64,000 nt of DNA, from the IMG/VR virus record IMGVR_UViG_3300005973_000002. One strand, 5' to 3'. Made by a program: the position numbers and the translations under genes. This document shows, piece after piece, positions 43,390 through 54,182 of the stretch. How positions within the stretch are numbered: the first letter of the stretch is position 1; each line of letters opens with the position of its first letter. The notes under the pieces were generated by a model, which was not told where the DNA came from, searched no databases, and worked only from the letters and a program-made list of their open reading frames with translations. Source of the DNA: a virus. Its lineage: Duplodnaviria > Caudoviricetes.

Positions 43390-45081
43390 ATGCCAAGGAG
43401 AAAAAATCACAAAGGAAAGAGCAAGGCTCCTTCCAAAAAGATACAAATGCAAGAAATTGTGAAGTGTGGCTCAGATGCTGCTTACTTCATCAATAATTAT
43501 GTAAAAATCCCACATCCAATTAAGGGAATGATTCCCTTTAAGACATACCCATTCCAGGATGACTGTTTAAAAGCATTTCAACAAAATAAAAACGTAATTG
43601 TAAACAAAAGTCGTCAGTTAGGATTATCAACAATTGTAGCTGCTTATTCTCTTTGGATGGCTCTTTTCCAAAAGGAAAAGAGCATTCTTGTTATTGCTAT
43701 TAAACTTGAGACGGCAAAACTTTTCATCAAAAAGGTTGAGGCTATGCTTGCCGGTTTGCCGGATTGGCTTGTTATGCCACAAATCCGAGCACAATCCGTT
43801 AGATATATCATCTTCTCTAACGGTAGTAAAATTCAAGCAATTCCAACATCTCCTGGAGCTGGTCGTGGTGAAGCCCTTTCTTTACTCATTGTCGATGAAG
43901 CTGCGCACGTTGAAGGAATTGATGATATTTGGCTTGGTCTACAACCAACGCTTTCTACTGGTGGTTCATCTATCTTGATTTCAACACCTTCTGGTGTTGG
44001 TACTCTGTTCCACAAAATTTGGACAGCCTCTAAAGAGGAGAGAAATGATTTCCACGCTATCGAACTTCCTTGGACTGTTCACCCTGAACGAGATCAAGAA
44101 TGGTTCGAAGAGCAAAGAAGAGGCATTATTGAAGCACACGGAGAGCGTGGCGTAGCTCAAGAACTTCTATGTTCCTTTGCAGCATCAGGTGACACGTTTC
44201 TTAGAAGCGATGTCATGGAAAAAATATATGTTGACATCAAAGACCCAATTTCTTATTGGGGGCCAGAAGGTGTTGCCAAAAAAGATACGTGGATTTGGAA
44301 GCATCCAGTAACAAATCACAAATATGTAATTGCTGCTGACGTAGCAAGGGGCGATGGCGAAGATTTTTCAGCGTTTCATGTCATTGATATAGATGCGGAT
44401 GAGGTTGTAGCTGAATTCAAAGGTAAAGTTGCACCGGATAAATTAGCAGAAATGCTTGTACAAGTTGGCATGAGATATAACATGGCAATGATCTGTCCTG
44501 AGAAGAACTCTATTGGCATCGGTTGCGTTCTTAAATTAAAAGAACTCAACTATCCGAATCTTTATTATGACAAATTACACAAGAATATTTACATGGTTTA
44601 TTCGACTATGGACACTGAAAACGAAATACCAGGCTTTGATACAAACCCTAAAACTCGTATAGAAGCACTTGTAAAACTTGAAGATGTACTAAGAAACAGA
44701 AGACTTAAAACATATTCTAAACGTCTCTATGAGGAACTCCAAACCTTCATCTGGAAAGGTAATAAGCCAATGGCGCAAAAGGGCTATCATGACGACCTTG
44801 TTATGGCTCTTGCTATTGGTAATTCTTTATATGAAGCTAGTGGTACAAACACTTATAGTAACGACGATTTAGCCAAAGCCATGATCGCAGGTATGTCTGT
44901 AGCACACAACTCTATGGATTCAAACCCAACTCCAAATTCAACTCCGATGCCACCAGTTATGACCGACGGTTCTCTTTCCAGTTTTCTCGATCAAGCGAGA
45001 GCAAAATCTATGCGAAACTCCAAAATTCAAAATTATAACGATCCGTACTGGCAGCAATTTAATTGGCTTTGGAAAGATTGA
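43390..45081 (+). CDS. terL: Terminase large subunit (T4 gp17-like)
   Basis: YPFQ, KSRQLGLST, LIVDEAAH, ISTPSG, ADVARGDGEDFSA, HDDLVMALAI. Confidence 0.93.
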   Translation: MPRRKNHKGKSKAPSKKIQMQEIVKCGSDAAYFINNYVKIPHPIKGMIPFKTYPFQDDCLKAFQQNKNVIVNKSRQLGLSTIVAAYSLWMALFQKEKSILVIAIKLETAKLFIKKVEAMLAGLPDWLVMPQIRAQSVRYIIFSNGSKIQAIPTSPGAGRGEALSLLIVDEAAHVEGIDDIWLGLQPTLSTGGSSILISTPSGVGTLFHKIWTASKEERNDFHAIELPWTVHPERDQEWFEEQRRGIIEAHGERGVAQELLCSFAASGDTFLRSDVMEKIYVDIKDPISYWGPEGVAKKDTWIWKHPVTNHKYVIAADVARGDGEDFSAFHVIDIDADEVVAEFKGKVAPDKLAEMLVQVGMRYNMAMICPEKNSIGIGCVLKLKELNYPNLYYDKLHKNIYMVYSTMDTENEIPGFDTNPKTRIEALVKLEDVLRNRRLKTYSKRLYEELQTFIWKGNKPMAQKGYHDDLVMALAIGNSLYEASGTNTYSNDDLAKAMIAGMSVAHNSMDSNPTPNSTPMPPVMTDGSLSSFLDQARAKSMRNSKIQNYNDPYWQQFNWLWKD

Positions 45082-45109
45082 ACCAGGTTAGGATATTTAA
45101 GAATAAACA

Positions 45110-46110
45110 ATGTCAAACTATATCTTTTCAGCATCATTATCGCCAGGCAATGGAGCCGACGCTTTTTTCTTTTAAAAGAAACGTTAGTTGCTGCTGGTTT
45201 TACTGTTCCATCATCAAGCGATGGTTCTTCCCTTTCGGCTGGCGATATTATTAACACTTCTGCGGACTTAAATAACAACAATGCTTGGTTCATTGTTCGT
45301 CAGCCACAAAGTGCTACTTCGTCTCATGGCGGTGTACAGCGAGAATATGCTTTTCAACGTGGAACAACTTCAAGAACCTGGAGAGCAAAATATTCTTATA
45401 GCGCAAGTTTCACAGGTAGTGCTAATGCTACAACAATGCCTACTGCTGCTGATGAAGTACGTTTAATCGGCTCTGAGCTTCCTTCATTTGCATTTGACTC
45501 TAATACACTTTTAACAGATGGCACCTATAGACTTAATATTGCTGTTGATCAAGAACCGCCACATTCGTTTTACTGGGTTACCTTTCCTAATGGTGGTGGC
45601 GATCCAGGCAACTGTTTATTAGTTGATGGAATGCTTAGCGGTACTTTTGCGCCAGGCGACAATGATCCATATGTGCAATATTGGGCTGATATTAGTGTAT
45701 TAAGCGGCGAGGTATCAACAGGAGGACCTGCTCTTTCCATAACAGCTTCAGCCATTACAAGCCCGGCATGTTGGACTCGCAAGGGTGAGTCTGATGAAGT
45801 TTATGGTGGAATAGGACTGCTGATATATACTCTGTACGATACCCTTCAGCGTGAATTTGTTGACGGCTGTGGAACAACAAATGGTCATAATGGTAAAGAT
45901 GATCTTTTGCCAGCAATATGGTTTAGATCAGCTAATTCAAACCCGACGGGACCTGGTGGTTACAAAGGCGTTAGTTCATTACTTAAAATTCCATCTGGTC
46001 CAGATCGATCAACCGGGGACACCTATTCAACCACAGCGTCCGGCTCAAAAGACTTTATAAGATTAGGTGATATGGCATTGCCTTGGAACGGAACTGATCC
46101 AACAATATAA
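45110..46110 (+). CDS. Probable virion (tail-type) protein with a -1 frameshift at 45163-45169
   Basis: ATG 45110 frame stops at 45173; the -1 frame is open to 46110; G/S/T-rich beta composition. Confidence 0.55.
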
Positions 46111-46118
46111 TTTAAACT

Positions 46119-46373
46119 ATGGCAAATTTTGATAGCGCAGAACCGGTTAGTAGCTCTCTTTCTTTGATATTGTCAAGTGACAATACTAAAGCAAATACCG
46201 GAATTGGAGGTAATACCTTTGCCAAATTCGAAGTTATAACTCAGGAAGTTCAAGTAGGTGGAGGTACAACACTGACGCCCATCTATCGAGGGCTTGTAGG
46301 AAGTAACTACGTAATTTCCCTGGGATCTCCACCAGTTGGAGCCACATTTGTTACCATTGTTGGATTCCAATGA
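46119..46373 (+). CDS. Hypothetical protein
   Basis: 84-aa ORF. Confidence 0.55.
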   Translation: MANFDSAEPVSSSLSLILSSDNTKANTGIGGNTFAKFEVITQEVQVGGGTTLTPIYRGLVGSNYVISLGSPPVGATFVTIVGFQ

Positions 46374-46887
46374 TCCAAAAGTGATCTAGTTTCAATTACT
46401 TAGAAAACCACAAGGTATCCATTTCAATTTCTGTTAATTAAACTCAAGATCGTTCGTCAATTCGTTCGAATCGAACTTATAGACAGAACTCCTCTGCCAA
46501 GTCAGAGTATTTCTTAGTCTAATCGAACTATAGCCGATCAATCTTTCGTTTTAAATCTTAATTTATTAATTTAACAAGTTTAAATTAAACTATAGATCTA
46601 CTGGAGGTAGGAATTCCAGGTTCAAATTCAGGTTGAATTGCTCATAACACTATGGTATCATGCCTTCATGAACAAAACTGGAGAAGTTTGGCTATGTCCA
46701 GCTTGTGAGACCAATGCTAGATCTTGCAGGATCTGTGATGGATCTGGATTTTTAACTAATCTGGAATTCCTTCATTATGAAGCAAGCAAGTTACCTAAAC
46801 AGGCAAACAAACTGAGCAACTCTTGTAATGAGAAACAAACTCTACTTACACTAGACTTGTCTGAATTCGAAAGCGAGAAATAAACTT

Positions 46888-47778
46888 ATGACGATGAAAG
46901 TTCAGGAACATACCATCCAGGTGGAACGTAAGGATCATCCAAATGCAACACGATATCCTTGCCGTTCAACTCATGAAGTCCTTGAGGCAGGTAGAAAACT
47001 TCTAACCTCCCTTCCCCCAGCTGATCTTGATCTTTTGTCTGAAAGACAGCTCATCGTTGATGAAGAAGATACTGAAGAACTCTTTGATGAATTCAAAGAG
47101 AATGACATTATCGGATTGGGAGTTGTAAAGCCTGATGGATTCTACGCAAATACCTACAGAATTGAAAAGATCCACAAGGGTGAAGATTGGATGGAATGCG
47201 AAAACGCCTATACTAAGTTAACTGAAGAAATTTCTTTTCAGGACGTTTCCGTTGGAATGGCTCTGGGCTTTGCAGAGATCCTTTATAGGGATGACAAACC
47301 TTTTGGTGTTTCCAGCCATTATGACTTCACCATCAAGTACGAAGTCGATGAGGTTGAAGATGAAGAAGAAGACAACTCCGGAAATAGTACCGCTTCGGCT
47401 GGAAGACATGACGGAAGCGCAGATGCGAAACGTGAAGGCACTGTTGAACGAATCGAAGAAAATTCTACAACGTCCGAGACTTCGAAAGAGGTATCTGAAA
47501 GTGCTATTGAACCTTCGCTTGACTTCAACGAATGTTGCTATGCTTTTGGATTCGACGCATCCACAATGACACATTATGTGGTAATAACGCCAATCAAATT
47601 GTGGAATGACGAGAATTTGATTTGCAACCAAGGATCAGCTGATCACTTAGCCAAAAAGCTTGGTTTACTTCCTTTCAAGGAAAGCATGTACGAATATGAA
47701 CATCAGTATAATGAATCACAACTTCGACAGCTTATGACAGCTTTTAGAGCACAAGAAATCACTGCTCTAATTGCATAA
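46888..47778 (+). CDS. Hypothetical acidic protein
   Basis: 296-aa ORF. Confidence 0.6.
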   Translation: MTMKVQEHTIQVERKDHPNATRYPCRSTHEVLEAGRKLLTSLPPADLDLLSERQLIVDEEDTEELFDEFKENDIIGLGVVKPDGFYANTYRIEKIHKGEDWMECENAYTKLTEEISFQDVSVGMALGFAEILYRDDKPFGVSSHYDFTIKYEVDEVEDEEEDNSGNSTASAGRHDGSADAKREGTVERIEENSTTSETSKEVSESAIEPSLDFNECCYAFGFDASTMTHYVVITPIKLWNDENLICNQGSADHLAKKLGLLPFKESMYEYEHQYNESQLRQLMTAFRAQEITALIA

Positions 47779-47851
47779 TATGTCTCGAAATTTGGTAACT
47801 CAGTGCAAGTATTCGAAAATGGTGCTATCCTGAATTGTACAGGAGATAAAA

Positions 47852-48304
47852 ATGACAGAACGTAAAGTTGTAATCATGCGTGGTCCATCCGGTTCAGGAA
47901 AGTCCACCTACATCAAATCTCATCTGCCCAATGCATATGTGTGCTCGGCAGATCACTTTTTCTATGATGACGAGGGCAATTACTCGTTTGATCCGAGTAA
48001 GCTCGGTGCAGCACACGAGACATGCAAGCGCAAGTTCAAAAAGGCTCTACAACAAGGTAAGTCGCTCGTCGTCGTCGACAATACCAACACGAAGATGTGG
48101 GAAATGAAGCCCTACATCATGGCAGCCAAGAGCGCAGGATACGAAATCGAATTCGTGAGGCTTAATACGCCCGCTGATGTGGCTGCATCCCGAAACGTTC
48201 ATGGTGTACCGCTTGACGCTGTAAAGCGTATGGCTGACCGAATGCAAGATCTTCCACCCGACCTAGCACGCAAGGAAAAGGTTGTGGAAGGTGTCAGTCA
48301 ATAA
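47852..48304 (+). CDS. P-loop polynucleotide-kinase-like protein (AAA_33/N4BP2-like)
   Basis: MRGPSGSGKST, SADHFF, VVVDNTN, RNVHGVP. Confidence 0.85.
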   Translation: MTERKVVIMRGPSGSGKSTYIKSHLPNAYVCSADHFFYDDEGNYSFDPSKLGAAHETCKRKFKKALQQGKSLVVVDNTNTKMWEMKPYIMAAKSAGYEIEFVRLNTPADVAASRNVHGVPLDAVKRMADRMQDLPPDLARKEKVVEGVSQ

Positions 48305-49744
48305 TAACGTGCTCAAAGAAATAAGACGCTTGAGTCAAAGTATTAGATCCTATCTTGGTCAGATGCTTTGGTACAAGTGTATTGAATACGATAGCAAGTT
48401 TAATATGTTTGCATTGCTTTGGAAGCCTGTAATGATTGTCTCGGTATCCGAAGTTTGTTTAGGTGAACAACCCTATTTTATAACAATAGTTTTCTATCTC
48501 GATGGGGAAATAAAAAAGTTGCGAGTATTCAGTAATCATCAATTTCACAGTTATTTCAAAATAGATGACCCTCGAAGAGAGACAAAAGTTCTTAAATGAA
48601 CATTACACTGGTCGATTAGTTCAGCTTCCCAACAACATTGGGCTTACTACGAAATTCAAAATCGCAAGAGAAAATCTAATTTACGTCGGAATACTCATAA
48701 AAGAAAAAGTTTCTATAAGAAGATGGCAAGGTGACACTACTTCACTTGTGAAGTGGATAAATGAAAAATCTAATGAAATTCAGAACAAAGAGAACAAAGC
48801 AAAAGAAAATGGGAGCTGACACTCGTAGCTCAGACCTTTATTTTGAAGCCTTCTCTTATGTCATGAAAAATGTCGTGGGCGGTCTTTATTTTAAAAATGG
48901 CAAACCTGTACTGATTTCCAGTGTAGAAGTTATCGACTCTTATAACAAAAGAGTAGAAATACATTATCTTATTGACTCAAAAACTAATGATTGCACCGTT
49001 GACTCAATAGATGAATTTCATAATATGTTCCTAACAAAAGAAGAATACGAAAAACGACAAAGTGCGCTAAAAATATTTGGATTTGATGAAGAAACCGAAT
49101 GAAATAAAACCGATTAAAGATATCGATAAGATATACTTCAATGCTGTTCAAGAAGCATTAAATGAGCTTGTCGGACAAGTTATGCACCGACGTAGCAACG
49201 ATTACGAGCCCTTGCTGATAGTTTCAGCAAAAGTTGAAAGTCTTGGCCGAAAAGATCTTTTGAAAATTGAGCTTTTGATAGATGAGAAAGTTCACAAGGT
49301 TTCTTACGAAAACTGGAAAAGTTTAAGAAAAGACCTCATTACTAATGAAGAATATGAAGCTCGAAAAGATGGAATTGAAGCCTTGCAGAGAATGCGAGAA
49401 GCTTTTAAAAAAGTTTCAATGAAACGATTAGGTCGACGACCTTCTAAACAACACATTAGATATAAATGAATGCTTCCCTTTCAGTAGTAAAACCACATAT
49501 TGGAAAATTATTTAGAGCAAACACTAAATTAAGTTCGATATTTGCTCATACGACATCTGTTGTAAAGACAGTGCCTAAAGATGCTGTGTTGTTGTTGTAC
49601 AGTGTTGAAGACCTTGGAGTTGTAACATATGAATTGCCCAACCAAATAGTTTGTCATTTTATTTACCAAGACTGTCGCTTTGTTGAAGTATTTAAACATA
49701 GTGGTGACTTATTTGACAAAATGTGCCTTATCAACAATGACTAA
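48282..49744 (+). other. Run of five small hypothetical ORFs, at least three probably paralogous
   Basis: 48282-48599, 48565-48819, 48761-49102, 49077-49469, 49466-49744; shared P-V/L-L/M-I-x-S...L/I-D-x-K pattern. Confidence 0.55.
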
Positions 49745-49755
49745 AGCTATTGAGG

Positions 49756-49783
49756 TTTACAAAAAAACCAAGCTCTATATAAT
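49756..49783 (+). promoter_or_regulatory. Sigma70-like promoter for tRNA-Val
   Basis: TTTACA, 16-nt spacer, TATAAT, 12 nt upstream of the tRNA. Confidence 0.55.
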
Positions 49784-49795
49784 AAGAAGATGTTC

Positions 49796-49867
49796 GGGCG
49801 ATTAACTCAGTGGAAGAGTGGCTGCTTTACACGCAGTAGGTCGGCGGTTCGAATCCGTCATCGCCCA
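49796..49867 (+). tRNA. tRNA-Val(UAC)
   Basis: Canonical cloverleaf; TTTACAC loop. Confidence 0.95.
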
Positions 49868-49871
49868 CAAA

Positions 49872-50000
49872 GCAATGCTCGCCAGAGCCCCGAGAATAAA
49901 CTCGATTCCTTAAAAATTAAGGTGTGATTGACCTAATCAATTTAGCTATGGAGTCCCTGTGCTCCTATTCGCAGGGTGGTCGGGGCGAGCACTATTGTGC
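49872..50000 (+). ncRNA. Candidate structured ncRNA
   Basis: TGCTCGCC/GGCGAGCA and CCCCGA/TCGGGG closing stems with internal hairpins, between tRNA and terminator. Confidence 0.5.
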
Positions 50001-50032
50001 AAAAAAAGACGGGCTTGATCCCGTCTTTTTTT
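50001..50032 (+). terminator. Intrinsic (bidirectional) terminator
   Basis: A7-GACGGG-CTTGAT-CCCGTC-T7. Confidence 0.9.
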
Positions 50033-50410
50033 ATGGAGTGATATGAGTTGGCCAAATGAATTATCGAAAATTTCGGGACTGCAATCTTCTCTTTTTAGAA
50101 GACTTGAGGTTAGAAGAAGGTATATCAAATTTCTCAATTCTGGTATTGTTCATATTCATGCTAATGATATCGCAGAGAAAAAACGTTGGAGTCAAAATGT
50201 GTATTTACCTTCTTTTGTCATAGCACCCACTAAACCAGTCGAATATATTAAAATGAACTTCCATCTCTTCAACAAATAAAATGAAGATGATGCTTGATAA
50301 ACATTACTGTAAACGAGTTTTTTACTAGACATGATATTTCGTTTAGCTGATAATCGATTTCTAAATGTCTTGAAATAGTATGATGAATGTGATGGTATAG
50401 ACGAGTCCCA

Positions 50411-50650
50411 TTGGCAAAAAACAACTATATGCAGCAGGTAGCTCAAGTAAAAAATAAAGCGGAATGGACTGGTTATGTAATTGGAAACGAAAAAAACCAT
50501 GAGCGCTGTGAAAGACGTATTAGAAACACTGATGTTCTAATTAAGCTGCCAATTCCAACAGAACAATTGCCTGAATGGGTTAAGCAACGTCGTGATTTTA
50601 TCGAAAACATCGATAAAATCGATGAAGTCTTTAAGAAAATGACGAATTAG
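50411..50650 (+). CDS. Hypothetical protein
   Basis: 79-aa ORF. Confidence 0.5.
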   Translation: MAKNNYMQQVAQVKNKAEWTGYVIGNEKNHERCERRIRNTDVLIKLPIPTEQLPEWVKQRRDFIENIDKIDEVFKKMTN

Positions 50651-50661
50651 ACTGAACTGTT

Positions 50662-51570
50662 ATGATTGCACCTAAAGTTTTCTATATTCCTCAAAAAGTT
50701 GATTATGTAGTTGTCAGTGACATGTTTGCTGAAGATTACCCAGGCGGCGCCGAGTTAACGCTCGAAGCTCTAATGTCAAAAGCCCCAGGCCAAGTATATA
50801 AGCTACATTCACAGCTTGTTACAACTGAATTGATTGAGAATCACAAGGAGAAAGTGTGGATTATCGGAAACTTTTCCCAAATGTCAAAAACCAGTCTAAT
50901 AGAATTGGTAGCATCGGGGGTAAAGTTTTTTGTAATTGAGTGTGATTACAAATATTGCAAACACCGCTCTTCACACCTTCACAAGCTTCAGGAAAAACAA
51001 GAATGTAACTGTCATACTCAGCAGCACGGCATATTTGTTCGTGCTCTTTATCAGAGGGCACAAAAAGTATTCTTCATGTCCGAAGCGCAAATGAACGAGT
51101 ATGTCCATTTGTTCCCACAAGCAAAGCCAAACAATTTTATTGTTCAAAGTTCCACATTTAAAGACGAGACACTTGACAAATTAAAAGAATTGCGTGAGTT
51201 GAGAAAAACTAGAAAACCTAACGAGCGCTGGGCAATTATGAGCGGCGGTTCTTGGATTAAAGCCGAAAGAGCTACTATAGAGTGGTGTGAAAGCAAAGGA
51301 TTAGAGTATGATTTAATTGGCGGCCTCACACATTCAAGTTTTTTAGAAAAGCTTTCTACGATGAAAGGACTGGTATTTAGACCAGCAGGATATGATACAT
51401 GTCCACGACTCGTTATTGAAGCAAAGCTTCTAGGACTTGAGCTTGAACTGAATGATAATGTTCAACATAAAGACGAGAGTTGGTTTAGTGGTTCTATCAA
51501 TTGCACCGAAAAATACCTCAAGGACCGAACCAAATTCTTTTGGGATAAAGTAAATGAAAAAGATATCTAA
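50662..51570 (+). CDS. Glycosyltransferase-like protein (GT-B-like C-terminus)
   Basis: GGAELT near the N-terminus; GLVFRP.GYDTCPRLVIEAKLLG. Confidence 0.6.
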   Translation: MIAPKVFYIPQKVDYVVVSDMFAEDYPGGAELTLEALMSKAPGQVYKLHSQLVTTELIENHKEKVWIIGNFSQMSKTSLIELVASGVKFFVIECDYKYCKHRSSHLHKLQEKQECNCHTQQHGIFVRALYQRAQKVFFMSEAQMNEYVHLFPQAKPNNFIVQSSTFKDETLDKLKELRELRKTRKPNERWAIMSGGSWIKAERATIEWCESKGLEYDLIGGLTHSSFLEKLSTMKGLVFRPAGYDTCPRLVIEAKLLGLELELNDNVQHKDESWFSGSINCTEKYLKDRTKFFWDKVNEKDI

Positions 51571-51898
51571 AAGCTCGAAAATTGACAAGAACCTACCACC
51601 TCCCCAAGCACTATCCAAAGAAGAAGCCAGAAGATTGCTAAAGGAGGGTCAAAAAGCTGTCAAATCTTTTGACAAGCCAAAATTACCAGGTGATTATGAT
51701 ATCGATTCAGGATTTTCAAAACTACGTGGGCAACGCTTGGAAAGAAAATGTGTGGTTTGTTCAGAGTCGTTAGAACATGTTTTTCATAAAGTAAATTCAC
51801 GTCCCGATTTTATCGGTTCTGGTTATACGTCCTGGCAACTTAAATGCACACGTTGTTCGAGCTGTGGTTTAAAGTATGATCTGGTTGGTATAGAGTAA
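51554..51898 (+). CDS. Hypothetical Zn-ribbon protein
   Basis: CVVC...CSSC. Confidence 0.55.
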   Translation: MKKISKSSKIDKNLPPPQALSKEEARRLLKEGQKAVKSFDKPKLPGDYDIDSGFSKLRGQRLERKCVVCSESLEHVFHKVNSRPDFIGSGYTSWQLKCTRCSSCGLKYDLVGIE

Positions 51899-51919
51899 TT
51901 TTGCCTAACAGGAGATTGT

Positions 51920-52867
51920 ATGCCAGAATATAATGATGTTTATATTGTTCCACAATATTCGGATGTGACATCGAGAAGCAGGGTAGATACAACATCAGTT
52001 TTAGACCCCAAACACCGCAAGACGACTATTAAAGTTCCAGTAATTTCGGCAAATATGGACACTGTTACTGATGGCTATATGGCGCTCAAAATAGCAGAAG
52101 CTGGCGCCTTAGGTGCAATTCATCGTTTTATGTCAATTGGTGACAATGTTGAAGAGTGGGTGAAAGCCAAAGGAATGCCCTGCCTTGTCTCGGTAGGAGT
52201 TTCTGAGAGAGCAAGAGAACGGGCCGAAGCCTTATATGCGGCCGGCGCTAGATATTTTGTCATTGATATTGCTCACGGACATCATTTCTTGATGAAGCAA
52301 ATGATTTCCTTTTTTAGAAAGGAATTGCCAGAAGCATATGTTATGGCAGGAAATGTAGCAACACCTTCGGGCGCTGAAGACCTTGTTAGGTGGGGTGCAG
52401 ATGCTATAAAAGTTGGCATTGGGCCTGGAGCAGCTTGCACGACTAAAAATGTCACTGGAGTTACCATCCCTCAGTTTTTAGCTGTGAGATATTGTGCCGC
52501 CGCTGCTAAATCAGTAGACCCACAGACAGTGGTTGTCGCTGATGGTGGAGTAAAAGAAATAGGCGATATAGCCAAAGCCCTTGGTGCAGGAGCAGATTTT
52601 GTTATGTGCGGACGCATGTTTGCAAGTTGCCCCGAGGCACCTCATCCGGGTGTATACCGTGGCATGGCTTCTTTGGATGCTATGAAAAATGTAAGACTAA
52701 GTGATGAGCTGCCTACACCAGAGGGCAAAACACTAGCTTTGAAAACTGATAAACATGTAGATGAAGTTGTTTCTCTTATTGCTGGTGGCCTAAGGAGTGC
52801 TTTCTCTTATTCAAACTCATTAACTTTAAATGAATTTCACGAGAAATGTAAGTTCGGATATAGATGA
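51920..52867 (+). CDS. IMP dehydrogenase / GMP reductase family, no CBS domains
   Basis: [42 protein letters not shown]. Confidence 0.9.
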   Translation: MPEYNDVYIVPQYSDVTSRSRVDTTSVLDPKHRKTTIKVPVISANMDTVTDGYMALKIAEAGALGAIHRFMSIGDNVEEWVKAKGMPCLVSVGVSERARERAEALYAAGARYFVIDIAHGHHFLMKQMISFFRKELPEAYVMAGNVATPSGAEDLVRWGADAIKVGIGPGAACTTKNVTGVTIPQFLAVRYCAAAAKSVDPQTVVVADGGVKEIGDIAKALGAGADFVMCGRMFASCPEAPHPGVYRGMASLDAMKNVRLSDELPTPEGKTLALKTDKHVDEVVSLIAGGLRSAFSYSNSLTLNEFHEKCKFGYR

Positions 52868-53779
52868 TTGAATAACATGACTGCAAAAAATCCAAATAAA
52901 ATACAACTTTCACTGTTCGAAGATACTACAATTTTACCAACACAAAAGTTTCATATTTCATATTCTGAACTATCTGATTGGTATGAATGTTCTTATCGAC
53001 ACAAGCTAAAACATGTAGAAAAAATTGATCTAGACGGTCCGTCTATTCACACCACCTTTGGCTCGGTTCTTCATGATGCTCTAGAACAATATGTAAAAAC
53101 TGGCAAAACTCCTTCGACTGATGAGACAGTTAAAAAACTTAAAGCCGGCATAGCTGAGCTTATGTTCACTGAGAATGCAGTTACAGCAGAGGAGGCACAA
53201 GAGTTTATTGATGTCGTAGAACCTATATTGGAACAAGCTCCAAAGTGGTTGGATGAGGAATTTCCTGGTTGGAAACTCGTATCAGCTGAAGAAATGTTAT
53301 TTGAGCCAATTGAAGGTCAAAAAAACAAACACTTCAAGGGATACATCGATCTTGTTATCAAAGTACCTAAAAAGAAGAAGGGTAAGGGAACCCGACTAAG
53401 TGGAATTAAGGGTGAAGTGGTTGCTGGGGAGTGGGTTTATTGGATTATTGACTGGAAGACAACCAATTGGGGTTGGCGAGCTGAACAAAAGCGTTCTTTC
53501 CAAAAACACATGCAGTTAATATTCTACAAGCATTTTTGGTGTGCAAAACATGGAATTGACCTGAAAGAAGTTCGTTGCGGATTTGCTTTTCTGCGTAGAC
53601 GAGCACGGAAAGACGGAACAAGAATTGATATTCTTCCTGTGTCTGTTGGTCCCAAAGCTATAGAGAAAGCGTTGACAACGCTACATGATTGTCTCAACCA
53701 AATTCAAGCAGGAATGCATATTAAAAATAAGATGTCATGTCGATTCTGCAAATATGCGGGTACAAAACACTGTCCATAA
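52868..53779 (+). CDS. PD-(D/E)XK nuclease (RecB/Cas4-like)
   Basis: SYSEL..C..R, GYIDL, IDWKT, QL..Y, C-terminal CRFC..C. Confidence 0.85.
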   Translation: MNNMTAKNPNKIQLSLFEDTTILPTQKFHISYSELSDWYECSYRHKLKHVEKIDLDGPSIHTTFGSVLHDALEQYVKTGKTPSTDETVKKLKAGIAELMFTENAVTAEEAQEFIDVVEPILEQAPKWLDEEFPGWKLVSAEEMLFEPIEGQKNKHFKGYIDLVIKVPKKKKGKGTRLSGIKGEVVAGEWVYWIIDWKTTNWGWRAEQKRSFQKHMQLIFYKHFWCAKHGIDLKEVRCGFAFLRRRARKDGTRIDILPVSVGPKAIEKALTTLHDCLNQIQAGMHIKNKMSCRFCKYAGTKHCP

Positions 53780-54182
53780 GAATCTACTTGTTATTAAAAG
53801 TAGATTAATAGTATTTAAAATCAGACTAACCTACACAGTTAAGTGGACCTGGATATTCTCTCCAGCTTGGAACTTAACATTAGCACCACTATCACTGTTT
53901 ATTTTTGTTATTTCTTTTATAAATTTACCGACAAATTCACTGTTGGTATTCTTATCTTCTTCTTTAGGAATTTTGTACGCAGTTGGGGTTCTGTTGTTTT
54001 TAATTTTGAGTCATTGGCAAATGTTTCGTCGAATTTGGAATTTTCATAAAAAACATTCACAATGATGCCATAATCCATGTTTGGAATTGGCAATAAACAA
54101 TTTAACAACTTTTCTAATAGAAATTAGACTATTACAAGAAAACACTAAAAATTTTGCTTTAAGCAAATAACTGAGGCAATAA

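Noticed and set aside
45163-45175. Programmed -1 frameshift (T TTT TTC), and the indel at 60655-60657
   Set aside because: All such cases are one base short in homopolymer runs, typical of long-read consensus errors; not claimed without read data
46374-46630. AT-rich intergenic stretch with short TCGAACT repeats as a replication origin
   Set aside because: Repeats are too short and few, and GC skew cannot be assessed from this window
53780-54130. Overlapping weak ORFs on both strands
   Set aside because: No coherent frame or motif; left unannotated
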